DNA of 64,000 bases from Ruditapes philippinarum (taxonomy: Eukaryota): assembly GCF_026571515.1 (NCBI RefSeq), contig NW_026854124.1, positions 558,001 through 622,000 on the forward strand. Reading direction: 5' to 3'. The notes beneath the pieces are model-generated. The model searched no databases. It was not told the DNA's origin and worked only from the letters and a program-made list of their open reading frames with translations. The position numbers and the translations under genes were made by a program. Position 1 is the stretch's first letter. Every line of letters begins with the position of its first letter. Positions 1 through 14,132 of the stretch are shown piece by piece.

Positions 1-3000
1 AGATTATACTATGCTCGAATTAGATATAAGAAAATATTGGTAATTGCTACACAGTCTCTTTGTAAATATACAATAAACATGTTTGGGTTCACACATGTTT
101 AAGCATACTATAGAAGGTCACACCATGAATATAAAGTGTCATAAAAAGACTGGCAGTTTTTTTAAAGAAAAGACCAAATTTACTGGACCTGTGATAGGGA
201 ACTTAGCTTCCCATACATAGTTTATGTATTCTTTTATTCAAATTAGACATCATAGATTTCAATAACCTTCAGTGATTAAAATATTTTACTCTAGGATGAG
301 CATAGTATATATTTAACTAAAATAATGATTATACAACTAACAAAACAAAACATTGTAATATACAAAACATTGTGAAATTTATAGTTTTGAAAATTATCAT
401 TCTGGTGAAATGCTTGTTTCGGATGAACAATTACAAGCAACAAGTTTTAAGGTTAGGGAAAACAAATACAAATCAAAAAGAAATTTTACTGCAATTGGAA
501 ATAGAATACTTAATCAAAAATCTTAACACAACAATTATGATAATTTTTCTATCAATATTACCTACTTAATATAACAATCAAGCGAAGGGTGTTAAAAATA
601 TATAGATTCTGTCTTCAATGTGTTAAAGTCGCTTTATAGGCAGCATGTTTTTTAAAAAAAAAATAGGGTTTTCTTCACTTTTAAAAATCAAAGTAAATAA
701 ATAATAAACAGTAATATTATTTATTCTGTTAGGCCTGCGTTATAAAAAGCATAATTTGAACTATTATTAATTTACTTTGCATTTTCAGGTCGAAATTCAT
801 AGAATGAAAGTCATTTAGGAATTTCAAGCATTATTTCTACCGCTATTTAATTTGATTGAAACTTAAATGTTATGTTTGAAGATCGTTTCATTTTTCAATT
901 GTTTATATTTAATCTATTACGATATGTTTTAAATAAAATTGCAATAGAAACAATAAAAGTCACTTAATTCGTATTTTCTGTTTTAAATTCAGATGAAATG
1001 TTCTTTATATAATAATGTTTGGCATGTAAAGATGTACAGAGCTTTCTTTTTTCAACGGAAAAAATCGTATTTTCCCTTTAACATAAGGATGCTAATATTC
1101 ATTTTCTTTTTAACAAGAGAAATAAAAAAATCTTGTAAAAAATGCAAATATTTATGGCTGTTTAGATGCAAACATTTAGCAGTCACTTTAAAGAAATATT
1201 TGATCAATCATTCGCGATTCTTGAATCATTTATTACCTTAACTTATCCCTTGGAAATGTCTTGTCTCACCAGCGTCAAATTCAAGATACTGTCTGACGTC
1301 CGATTATCACTGAAACATTTTGATTGGTCTCTGTGATTGATGAATATTCACGGTGCTTGTATGAGACATGACCCCGAGAAAAACAGGGGAAACATTGTTT
1401 CTGCCACTGTTAAATATTAATGGCAAAGCAAACTTTTTGTCTTCCATTTTTGATTTAAATTATGGCTTTAACAAATCATATGATCATATTTTCCAATGTA
1501 ATTTCAGGTTAATGTTAAAATGGATCGATAAAATGTGTCTAACAACTAGAATCTTGCGTTATTTGTTTACACAATCGTTGCAGAATGAGAAAAAATCCAG
1601 GTCGGTAAATAATTGTTAAAGATATCTTTATTTGAATGATCCAGTTGTTAAATAAATCAGTAGAAATTAATGTGAAAAGAAATCAACGGCATCAAAATCA
1701 AATAAAACATCATTTACGGATTGTTGGTTTATAAACAATATCAAAGAAACATGTCGGAAAATAATCCATTTAACAATGATAATACATGTGTTATAAATAA
1801 AATATCAATTTAATATTCAGATTCTTCCATAAACTGGACTGATGAAAATGTTATTTTTATCCATTCAACGTAATAGATAAATATCTCATAGATGAAGTAT
1901 CCCTAAAATTGTGTGTTAATGACACATAGCAAATATAAGAAATGTAATAGAGAAAGCACCACAATTGTTTTCATCAAACAAGCTTTGCTTGTGTCGCAAT
2001 TCTAAAAATCTTTATATTATCGTCAATCAAAAACTTAATATAAATTGTTTGAATTCTCTTTAGATTAGTACATGTTTTGTGCGTTTTCAGTATGGTTTTG
2101 TTATTTTTTACCTTTCATGTGCACATTCCCATTGTTACAAAAAAGAATTTACCGTTTTTCCTTTCATCGGCAGAAATATTTCGTGTTTTATTTGATGTGT
2201 TTGGACTGTCACTCGCAAAGTATTCCGTGACGCCTACCAATGGATTGTTCTTTTTTGGGTTTCTTTTCATCTTCAACAGCCTTTTTATTTTACTTTTACT
2301 TCAATAAAAACACAAGGGACAACTGAAATAACAGAGGCAGAATTCGTTAAATGACATGGTTTCAGTCCAACGTGTCAGCGGGCCTTGTGATAAAGCTAAA
2401 ATTAATGAACGCGTGTTCAAACAAAAACACTATCATCAAAAAGTGACCGCTGTTCGCCGCTTTCTGAAATTTATTTTCATCGCGATGTCTGAATAGTAGG
2501 TATTATGCAATGTCACACGTTTAGAGGACCACCGACATTCATACATTATAGAAAAGAAATTTCACTTTAGTTTTTAAAATAATCAAGTATCAAAACAAAC
2601 AGATCAAAACTGCTATTGTTAACTTTCTATCTTAAAATATGTTCTGTCAAATTATTATTTAAAAGAATGTTAAGCAGAGTTATGCAGAACGAAATTATTA
2701 TTTATTTTTATGAATATAGTAATTCCAGTGCAAAACGGGTGTTTTTTGTCTTTCTTTGCAATAAAAATGCAGAAATATATCATTAGGTTTGGTTCTTAAA
2801 GGGAAGTTGATTGCCCTTTTTACATTAAAACAAAAACAATATTGATACAGAAAAAATAAATGAAATAATATGAATGCAATCTAATGTTTATTTATAGTGG
2901 ATACTGATGCATGATATTTATTTTACAATTTATATTATTGGCTGTCTAGTGTCTACATATCATTTATCAGCAATATAGAGACTTTTAGCTGTATTGTTGA

Positions 3001-6000
3001 TAAAATAAAGAAGTTTCATTGGTGGGGAATATTTCTGTCTTCTTTGATCATCTTTAACATCTGAACTACTTTTGATGTATGAATATTTGAATAAATTGGA
3101 AAAGTATTATAGGAAAAATAATTTAATACCTTTCAATTATTTAAAGCAACAGCACAGTTCGTCTGCGACAGTATTTATGATTGGTATTTATTGTTAGTTA
3201 TAATTATATTAATTTTCAGTTGTTGATTTCAGTCGATATAGAACAGAACAAATATAGATATACAATGTTTCTGTAGATATGAATTCATCATTCATATTGA
3301 ATGACTAAATACATAATATAAATACAAAATATTTTTCATATTTCTGTTTATATTGTTTTAAATACCTTTATATAAATATATGTTAATCTGTTCGGTTACA
3401 ACAGCAAGTATTTTTATCTAATAGTATCCATTTTGAAAGATATATCATTTCTAATTTTGTATAAGATGTCGAAATTATTTTTACATTTTACTGCAGACAA
3501 AGGTGTTAACTATATTCCGGTGTATAAAATCAAAACCTGTATCAAAAAAATTCTTATTCTAGAATTATATTTAATCATAAAAATAAAAATATCCTCGCAT
3601 TCACGATGACACTGACTTTATATTTTGTTTAATAGCATTCTGAACATTTCAATAAAAAATTCTGAACATTTCAATAAAATAAGACATGTCTGTCTGTGTC
3701 AATATTTTACCCTAAGGCTTCTTTAATTTTTCTCATTCAAAAATTGCATAAATTGATATATAAATAACATGATATAGTTTATGCTCTGATTTTACTCCTT
3801 AACATAACAACACTAACAAAATCAACTACAATAACGCAAAGTAGTAGTACTATATCGAATAATTTTCTTTGATATGTTACAAACTCAGCTGTGTGTTTTG
3901 TTTAAATGATAGGAACTCTAAAATGTCATAATATTTTAAATTCTTTTCTTTTCGACACTCAGATTTGATTTGAAAATTTTAAATCAACGGCACACTACCA
4001 ACATTTGAACAAACAAAACATTAGCTCTCTCTTCTTCTTTAGAAGCATGTCGATGAAGCCAACTTGACGCAACGTTTTAAAAGTCGGCACATATAAGAGC
4101 CAAAGAATACTCTAAAAACAAAGTGAACGACGTTCGCAGTTTTCATTTTACAACCCCTTCATTTCAAATGATTTCGGATCTCATCAATTGTACTAACTTT
4201 GACTCATATATGTCCAATGAATCTGGCAGCGACTTCACCATCACACTTCTAGAGCGAAGGAAACGTCTAAAGATTGCGTATGATAACAAGCAAAGCGTTT
4301 GGCCAATACAAGATCTTGCCCCCCGTCAGGGACGCTTTGACTTGATCACTAAAGACTGTCTATTGTCTTGTGTAATACAAAACGTGTCCATGATTTCTTT
4401 AATAGGGGATGAATAATGAGCCTAAGGCCACCTTTAGTGCAAGCCAGTCGTCCATCATACTTGAAATGTAGAAAAAAAGTAATGCGACCACAAAAACCTG
4501 CTCAATACAAAACCAACTTTGTAGTTTCTTTAACTAATTGTGACTGGCTTAAACAGTTCTCAAAGACTGCAGTATCATTACAAATCAAGAAATGCATCTC
4601 GATTGCTTATTTTCCTGTTCTAATTACTGATCTAATTTGGCACATTCGGATTCCTTTTCCATATCATATTCATCATCTACAGACAAAAAATATGATAATT
4701 GTGGATATGTCTTTTAGTCATGCATATTATGCTTGTAAACGAAGATTGTAAATCTGACAAGGGTATTCTACTAATAATTTAATGACAATTAGTTTGAGAG
4801 ATCATTAGTTAAAATGATAGTATTGATTTTAAAATAAGTCACGATCGCTCATAAGCTTTGTCATTCAACCAAATTTATATTAAACTTAAAAAAGGATCAA
4901 TCTTTCTGATTACATTTTGCAAATTAAACATTTTTTATCAGTGCAATTTGCTTATTAAAGTTTTTTTTGCTAACCCATATTTCTGTACAAAATGTACACT
5001 GCAGAGAAAAGTTTAACCTATTGATGAAAAAGCACATTTGATATCATTCTTTTTTTCCAGATGTATTACATTGTACAGTACAACTTTGTAATCAATCTTA
5101 TTAGTAGGTAAAGTTTGTTTTTGGTTTAACTGTGACACTGCCAGGTATTTATATAGGAACATTGTAAATAATGTGTTCGTTGTTTGTTTGTTTTGATATG
5201 TAAAATATTTTTATAGAAACATCTCAATTTATTCATACTCCGGTAATTGTTTTTTTGTATTCGTGTTTTGTATGTAACCTATACACATTATTTTGATTAA
5301 ACATAAAAGATGACTTTTAGTTTAAACATATTTTATTGCAGCACACACATGTAAAATAATACATGTAAAAAAGTATACAAATGATATGTATAACAAAAAG
5401 CAAATGGGTTGTGCAGCAAGTTCTAGGAACATTAAATTAAGCCATTCCTAGATAAAAAAAAAACTAAATTTAATATGGTGAAGATTATTATTAACTGACA
5501 CAATTGAAATTTATTCGTTTTATCAAATATGTTGATGTGTATTTATTTGTGTATGTTTTAAACATATATTTCAAGTAAATACTGAATACTAGTGATACTG
5601 GAAAGCGGGTTTCGTGATTGGAATCGAATATCTTCAAATTTATTTTAAAAAATTCATTCTGTTATATCTTACTTGCATTCATTTGCTTTGAAGTTAATAT
5701 TACTACTGTATAAGAAAACCTTGATATAAGCATTGTTGAAAATTCAATATATGAATAGTTTGTAAATTTATACTAAGTTCAAGGTCAATCATATTATAGC
5801 TTCCCGGTTTCAACTCAGATTTGTTTGAGAAAGTCGCACTCAATAAATTGTAATTTCCGTATTTAGAAGAAGAAAAAAGGAACAAGATGGAACAAACTAT
5901 GTACATGCTTTCTCATTCCTACAAATTGGTTGAGAACATTCTTTTCATTGCAGTGTTGTATTTCGTATTAGAGATGGAAATTGGTAGTTTTACTGATACA

Positions 6001-6009
6001 GATTTCCTA

Positions 6010-6340
6010 CCATCCGTCTTCGTCAAGCCGTCAAATTGACATCCCCGTAGTTCATCTTTATTCCAACATATCCTTTTACTTAAAATACAAAAGGACTATT
6101 TCATTCCCGCAGCGTGGCGGATATTTTCATAGGAAAACCATGGGTCTCATTCTTATGCATCAGATTGTTTTAATTAGTCGCAGTGTCTTCCGGTTCGCGG
6201 CGAATTGCCGCCGAATTACTACGCGTGACGTTTACACAATATTGTGCAACGGTCTCTAAAGATTGAATATCGAGAACGGGTTAATTAAGTGGAACTGGGC
6301 AAACAATGTCTTGGACCAATAAGAGCCTTTGGCTCATTTA
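6010..6340. promoter_or_regulatory. CpG-rich non-coding island, candidate enhancer
   Basis: GCGGCGAATTGCCGC inverted repeat, CACAATATTGTG palindrome, TTAATTAA, AACAAT and CCAAT within about 150 bp. Confidence 0.3.
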
Positions 6341-9008
6341 TCATCATCATGTCAAGTTTTTTCATTCTAATATTCTAAATTTTCAAGCTCAGTCCCTTCA
6401 CATGAGATATCTGCATTCATTTTGTTCACTTCATTGACTATAGGCTGATTGGATTTTCCGGCGACTGTTCATTCTGTAAGAATTGAGACATCCATGATCT
6501 TTCTACGGGAATAATTCAATATTCAATCCACGTGCCCTCAATTAAAACCAAATCTTTAAACTTAAAAGACATAATTCCTATTAACCTTCAGATTGCCTTC
6601 GTCCGAGGATAATAGAATTTAGTGTTTGTACTTTGCTACAGTTAGTTGAGCATTGCAGATAAGCTTGTTTCACTACCTTTGAAGTGTTTGGGTGAAAAAT
6701 ATCTTGGAAAAAATTCCTTACAATCCTGGATACATTTTATCATTGACGGTTGGAACTTTAATTATCGTTACAGATAACGAGATAAACGTTTTCTTTTGTA
6801 GCATCAAATTATTTGAAATCGGTTGAGTTCATGTCTTTGAGTACAATAGTAAACAACCGGCGTTGTTATCATTGCCAGTATTGTTGTATTTATCGTTGTT
6901 ATCGTCAATATTATTATGTAACCACTGCAATTCGTGAAGTATCTATTTAAATTTTTGATTTTAATTGTCGGTATAAAATAAATTATTTTTATCAATATTG
7001 CAATAAAATGGATTGGTTCACAATGGGCTCATTTTAAATAAGTGTTTCAAATATTGTTAAAATTATATAGAAATGTATCATTTGTGTATTATGACAAAAT
7101 ATTTCTTGAACAAAAACTGTTGATTAAGCGATTTAGTATGAACATTTATATGATGAATAATCATATTTTGTTCTAGAACAATTCATTATCTGCTATATAT
7201 AAATATGTAATATCAACAGTAACAAACAACATCCCCCATACATTGCAGTTTGCTGTCAATATGAAACTAAATACTACCAACATGGTTATTTACAACATTA
7301 TATACACCTAAATTGTAGACCAATTCTTAATAATTTAATCAAATGCAAGATATTCTGTATATCATTAAAGTTTTGATTATGTTTTATAATTCATATTTAC
7401 TTAAATGAATTATGTGAAACTTCTATATAATTACAGTATTTAACATACAATGTATGCGATAAGTATTTCAAGCAAATAATAATAAAAACATGATGATTTG
7501 CAAGCAAGAGCGATGTCATAATAGGCTAATATTTTGATGACCTTATTTGGTTGATATTCAATGTTTGTATTCAAATTCCTTTCATTCAAAGACAATCTAA
7601 TCACTAATGAAAAACAAACAATTAAGAATGATATGCTAAGCGTACCTTTTCCGTTTTCAATGAAGCACTAACAATTGTTCCTTACTTGCATATTTGTAAA
7701 GTTCGTCGCCATGTTGTTAAGGGTCTGTATTCGTTTTCTTAATATGGGTTTTCCTGTCTTCGATAAATCAAACCATTTCTTTTACTTATCATATCTATGT
7801 TTGGGTTTTCTTGGTTAAAATTCTGCTTTATGTGGTGCAAGGAGGCGTGGGCAGTGGCATTTGTTTACAACTATCGCCAATTTACAGGCTCCATCAAACC
7901 GACCTTGCAATGTTTTCATTTGTTTGTGTTTTGACCGTTCTTTTAGGTTTCCATTTTACTAACAAAATGTTTAATTATATTTATTGTGTCATAGTCGTCA
8001 TCATACGGTAATGTAATTCTTTCATAGAAATTTCTGTATCAACTTCTATATCAACGGGACATAGCTTTATATGCAGTGTACACATACATGATTCAATGAA
8101 AACTCGACACAAATCATTATGTGCACTAATTATAGCAAATTCTTAAATGATTTTTATCCAATTCCTTTTGGCATGAACCAATACTCCCAACCTACTATTC
8201 TGTTCAGCTTGCCTTAGTTAATACCTAAGATAACTTATATTTCAACACGTTAGTAGCTAGAAATAATGGTTAGCTGTGAAAAGTCATTATTAGTTTTCTC
8301 GACACTTGATTGCTTTGATGTCTTACAGACTTTCAAGAAAAAACAATTCTGCATTAATTATTGCTTCATTTAGCAATTTATAAGTTCTCTGCAAAAAATT
8401 ACAATCCTTCAGATAGTTTTGATATAAACAGTCTTCTTCACTCAACCACTTATTTTTGGCAGATGTTAATCATTTTTGCTTTTAAACATCAGAGAGCAAT
8501 TTGGAGAAAAAATACATATTTTCTAAGAGTATCAAGTCTCAGCTGATGATAAGTAGGAATTTTCCGGGGATGTCTTGAAGTGTTTCACCACATTCTGTAA
8601 TCAAATGATTGACAGGGAAACAGTACTCCCGCTGATTGCAAAGGAACAAAAACACGAGATTATTTCTCGACGTGAAATGAATATGATGTATATGTCAAAA
8701 CAAAAGTAACTCTGATATTCTTGATGCACAACGCATGTAATGAGATGGGAGAAAAGGAGGAAACAAATATATGTTTTGTGTACATAATAGTTTGTTATCC
8801 TGAAAAAATTTGGTTTTAAGATCGTAAGATAAGTTCTTGGAGACTTATTTTTATTTTTCTTGCATTCGATTTTATTTTGTATTCAAATTCATTTACACTG
8901 TATATTTAAGTTTCACTCAAGGGATGTATTCATAATTTTCTTTTCGTTAAAGATTACAGTTCATGAAGCAAATGATAATAAGCATTTCTGAAATAGAGTA
9001 AATGTTAT

Positions 9009-9048
9009 ACCTAAATAACGTCCAAAACACCTAAATAACGTCCAAAAC
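9009..9048. repeat. Perfect 20-bp tandem duplication
   Basis: ACCTAAATAACGTCCAAAAC x2. Similar short duplications at 3637-3679 (period 22), 51038-51075 (period 19) and 55873-55910 (period 18). Confidence 0.9.
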
Positions 9049-9148
9049 GACAAATTAAAAAATGTTGCAGACTCGGTTTGATTGAGCCTGTTCATGGACG
9101 GCACTGCAAAATGCAAGTTACCGTCTTGGCCCCGTAGCACCGGTTGAA
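9043..9148 (+). repeat. Dispersed repeat family A (transposon end), copy 1
   Basis: AAAATGTTGCAG.CTCGGTTTGATTGAGCCTGTTCATGGAC..., ending CCC.TAGCACCGG; homologous to the copies at 11299 and 60505. Confidence 0.85.
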
Positions 9149-9487
9149 GTGTTAAGCATGATTTTAACCTTGCATTAAGATGAATATTAATTAAGCTGGG
9201 TTTCTTTTTGTAATTTTGCTTGTGGTATTCATCACATTTTGAACTTCAAGTTGTTTCATTGTAATTCGTTAACCACATATCAATATTCTCATTCTTAGCT
9301 AGCTCATTAATGTCAAAACATCGGTATCATTTATTCATTCAACGTCAGTATCTTTGTAATAACTCGACAGTAACAGTACTATTCTTCTAAAAATTATCGT
9401 GATCTCACAAACATCACTTCCGCCCGAAGATGACGTAAGCAAAGCATAGTGAAGTTGGGCTGAAATGAAACACCTTTTCTCACTATG

Positions 9488-9554
9488 TCAGACTGTTTTA
9501 CCTGTATATCAAACTTTGGAAGGAAGTGTAGAATAAAACAGGTAATCAGTTGGA
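9488..9554 (+). ncRNA. Imperfect hairpin with miR-10-family-like arms
   Basis: GACTG..TTACCTGT pairs with ACAGGTAA..CAGTT. The 5' arm TTACCTGTATATCAAACTTTGG matches 15/22 of miR-10-5p. The terminal loop is short for a canonical pre-miRNA. Confidence 0.2.
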
Positions 9555-11298
9555 GGCTGGTTATACTGTATCTTGAGTTACTTACAGTAATTCAGTTATG
9601 TAACTAACGTTTATAAATATTAAAGGCACGTCTAGATGCATTTGGTAAATTCCCAAAGATATGTAAAAAAAACTAGGCTAGCTGAATTTAGAGGAATTAA
9701 GGTTTTTGCATGACAGACAGCGTACAGATGTAAGTGATTGCAATTCAACGCAAAATATTTGAGATTCTCTTTTTTTCTTCAACTTCAGTGAATGCGTGGG
9801 TACAAAGTTAGGTTGTATGAAAGAGAAGTATATCTTTGCAATTGATCTTCATATAAATATCGTATTTTATTTGATAACATTTTCCTTTAATCAAAATGTT
9901 AATGATAACGATGACTTAATATGTTAGAAGGAAATGAAAACAGACACGCATTTTAACCGATGTTTCCATGTTTTTAACCAATAATAATTAATAATAACTT
10001 TTATTTCACCTATCAATTATTAGCTTCTGATATTTTCATTGGATAAAAAGGGTCACATGGTGACTAACTACTTTTATATAGTCGGTTAGTAGTAGCTGAA
10101 ACATATTCTTCGCTGGAACAATATGGCAAGGATTCAACAAAAATGTCTTTTTAGTTCAATATTTCCCTCCATAAAATTGCCATTTTTTTGAAATATTCAC
10201 TTTTGTCTTTCTGCTTTTCATCAAACTTTTCTTTGTGATAACAAGAGTTATTTCCGTGGTCACCTTTCATTTTGCAGACAATTTCATATATATCATTATC
10301 GCAATCATGTTAATATGATATGATATGATTATGCTGATTGTGATTTCTTTTAGTATAAATAAAAAATAAAAACTTTTATAGCTAGTACTTCGGGATGTTG
10401 GAGATGCCAAGCCTGCCATTTTCACTAATTGTTTTCATAATTTAAAAGTCACCTTTTTTAGAGTTGATAAAAAGTTGTTATACTTTAATCAAATGATAAT
10501 ATGTAAATGGCATCAACTTGTAAGAACATAATGTAAGGTTTATGCTCCTTCCACACGTGCAGATGAAAACGAATGACTGGATAAAATGCCACTGCAATTT
10601 ATTTTCTTTACTAAATTTCTCTCTTTATACCATTGTACAAAAAAAGCTAAAGCTGGGCTTATCTTTCATATCAATGCTATCAATTTAAACCATTGTTTTG
10701 AAGCTGTTGGAACCATCTTCTGAGTAGACAATTTATCATCTAATGATGCGCCTAATCAGCTACACGCTCCTTCACAATGATCTTTAAAGATTTTTTCTTC
10801 CAGTTTATCGATGCCGTTTCACCTTAAGAGAGATAAGAATGTTTCTTAAAAGATAAATGTCTGATTATGTAAACAAAAATAGAGAAATAAAAACAAAATA
10901 CTACTAGATACGAGTTGTACATCGTGTTACGTCCTTTATGTGGTAATATTTGAAATCCTTAGGAGAAGATTGTGAGAATGTTACGTATGAAAAAAAAATT
11001 AAAGGAACTCCACTGAGTTTCAAAATCATAAAAATAACATTTTAAAATTGTACATAGATCAAGTGAGGTACTCAATATTGAGCTATTAGGGAAATATACT
11101 CAGACATGAATTGAAAATCGTATTTTTGTGCTATTCGTAGCCACGTTTGAGTGGAAAGAGTTGCAGTGCTGTTCATTTTTTAGTCATTATACATGAAAAA
11201 TAACTATTCGGAAAAATGGAGCGAGTGAGTGAATGAATAAACCAAAGTTATTGGTCAACTAGAGAAAATATGAATCCCTAAAGAAAGCCCAACAAGGC

Positions 11299-11376
11299 AA
11301 AATTGAAAATGTTGCAGGCTCGGTTTGATTGAGCCTGTTCATGGACGGTACTGTCAAGTGCAAACTACCGCCCATG
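11299..11376 (+). repeat. Dispersed repeat family A, copy 2 (terminus missing)
   Basis: Near-identical over about 75 bp to copies 1 and 3. Confidence 0.85.
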
Positions 11377-13921
11377 ACTTTATATCAAATGGAACATAAA
11401 TCTCGTAAAATATATTTCTAGTCACGTAATGTCATATAACGTCAGTGGAGTCCTATTAACTGAAGCAATATATCAGAAAATGCTCTTGTATGTTACATCG
11501 TAATATCGGACAATTGTATCAAAGCAATATATACGTCTGTGCTAAATGAGGTACAATGTGATCTGTTTATGATCTTTGAAAAAACATGTATGTGCAGCTG
11601 TTACTTATCGTATGTCCTTGCTTTGAGAATTCCATCGGTGTTTTAAACAGGTATAAAAGTAGCATGGTAACACATTTGCTGTGCAACATTTAAGGTCACA
11701 AACAGAAGAAACACGTTAAGGTATTCCAAGATTAAAGCAAAATCAAGCAATATTTTGACATTGATATTATAAATAAAATTTTATATCAACCTCATGCGTA
11801 CCAAACTGAGTTTTAAAAACTAAGAAAATCACCGAATGTTCTAATCAAAAAGATCATTTGTTAACATGATATCAAAAAGTGTTCGTATTGTTGGGGAAAA
11901 AAGATGGACACTGATTTAGACAGGCCTTTGAGAATTCTAAATTTGGTCGCAAATATTAAAGCACCTTCTACAACTGTTTCAGAATTCACTTGGTAATTGT
12001 TCATATTGTTTCTTTCATCCAATGAGATCAACCGGTGTCATAGCCGTCGTTTCATTTAGAATGAAATCGGTTCTGTTTTGGTTAACATCTTTGACATTGT
12101 CAAGTTCTTCATTTGTTTATCATCATCTTACTTATGTTTACCTTGGCATATCACGAAAATCTCGTGCAAGAATCCAATATACAAGGAATGCAATTAATAT
12201 TTATTGTGCGTTTCAAAGAATTGGTGTAAGTGTTTCATCTTGTTGAAACAGATTAAAAATGCCCGATCCTAATGCGCTTTTGAAATGCACATTTTCACAT
12301 AAGCTGTTTCGTAAGGATTTGTTTCCGTTAATTGTGCAAGAAGCTTATTTGTGCCGGTGTTTTTATATAAAGTCTTTGTCTTAATGGGATATATGAATTG
12401 TTTTCAGGTGTTAGAAATATGACAATGATTATTGTAATAATATTCTTGTATATTCCACTTCTCGATAAAAAATATACATTTAGATATGTACTTCATTTTT
12501 GAATGGTAGTTGGTAGAATAGACACGAACAAGACAACATGTAATCAATGTAAGAGATAACTTAATCAATATATATGCAAAAACATTGAAAAATAAATGAA
12601 GGGAACGAAAGACTAAAAATTATTTTAAGTTCTAATAAATGCCATTCTATATGTAGACAAAATATAAGCGCAAAGTTTTGTATTTGCTACTATTAAAAGT
12701 TGTAATTTGTTCACAAGAGCACACCTTTAAAAGCCGGTGCTTGTGAAGAATGAGAACAAAGCTTCATGAGGAAAGGCGGTATTTAACAACCGCAGCCCCC
12801 AACAAAACCTAGTTACAACTTAACACCGATACGGAACCCAGCAGGACCCATTTTGAGCGGTTCTCTTGTCAATGCCCCTTATAAGTACAAAATAGTTATT
12901 TCGATATTTAGATGCAAACATATGTAAATGCCAAAATTATACAATTTGCGGGCATATTCCAAATTTGAATGTTTTGTCAGGCTTTCTATGACAAATATTA
13001 GAAGTTCATTTGGCGGGGAATCGCTTTATTTTCACTGTCTCGTATCACAGAATATGTTAGGACTGAGAATGAGGTTTGGTCACCATTCTCCAGTAGTGTT
13101 TTAACTATTGCTGTTTTTTATAGTGCGTCTCACCTTGCTCCTTTGTCATGTCTTGACTAAAAATGTTCGTTTGCTATTTGCGTTTCTGTTTATTTTCTAC
13201 TTCGCCGTTACTTTTCTCCCACCTTTCATTTTTTTCCTTCAAATTTTTTCACTGATAATTAAACTAAAGCCCCGTTTTGGTTCGTAACTGGTCCATCATT
13301 CGACCAGTTTGTCTGCCCCTTCCCATTTGGATCCTGTTAATCTTTATTCTTAACAACTTTTCAATATTGGTGACAAGGAAAAGAAATTAACTTAGAGAAC
13401 AATCGAAGAGAAGCTTTTGATATTTCTGATAATTTTAGCGATTAAAATTGCAAATGAACAAAATAAAAAAAGTAAAACATCTTTCCTTGTTTGATTAACG
13501 CTTACTTGACATTTAAATGTTAACCCTTTTATATGTAAGAAATTGGTGTCCGTTTTCCAATCAATGCGGAAAGTCTCCGTCTCGTCTCCTCTTTCTGAAT
13601 ATCGTATGTTTAGCACTCATTTATTTTCGACAATCACGTTTTACATTTTGTCTTACGATACGTAAGAGCCAAGAAAGTAGATAATACAATTGAAGAAATG
13701 TAAATGCCGCTCTAAAATAGTTTTTTTGTTATTTTGACTTTGGAAATGTTATCCAGATCGTACTATGTTTGCCGAATACGTTCGCATTCTTTGAGTTTGA
13801 TTATTACTTTTGTGTGAGGTTATGGATTAAGATTATTCAAACATCTATATGCATTCATGCTTACAACTATTTAATTCCGGGAATCCTCGATTGTTCATGT
13901 TCTGAGGACTGTTAATATCGG

Positions 13922-13992
13922 AGGTTAGCCCAAATCATCTATCCTGTTTCGGCGACATATGACCTATACTGTGTTGGTTCCAGACAAACAAA
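13922..13992 (+). mobile_element. 3' fragment of the same retroposon family as 28287-28624
   Basis: AGGTTAGCCCAAATCATCTATCCTGTTTCGGCGACATATGACCTATACTGTGTTGG aligns without gaps to the reverse complement of 28311-28370. Confidence 0.75.
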
Positions 13993-14009
13993 TTTTGATG
14001 TTTTGAGTG

Positions 14010-14132
14010 TGTGTTCAGAATTTCCCTTCGTGTTTTCAGGTTTCCCTGTGTTTTTTAGAACTTCCTTACGTGTTTTGAGAATTTTCTTTCGTGTTTTCAA
14101 AATTTCTCTACGTATTTTGAGAATTCCCTTAC
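14010..14132. repeat. ~21-bp minisatellite, about 6 copies
   Basis: Recurring GAATTTCCCTTCGTGTTTTCA. Confidence 0.85.

Noticed and set aside
61-77. TGTAAATA + AATAAA as a possible 3' end of an upstream (Hox4) transcript
   Set aside because: Both words are frequent in this composition; no supporting evidence.
4261-6325. Shared words TCTAAAGATTG and TTGG(A)CCAATA at about 4266 and 6256
   Set aside because: Repeated 11-mers are expected by chance in 64 kb of AT-rich DNA, and the spacing differs between the two sites.
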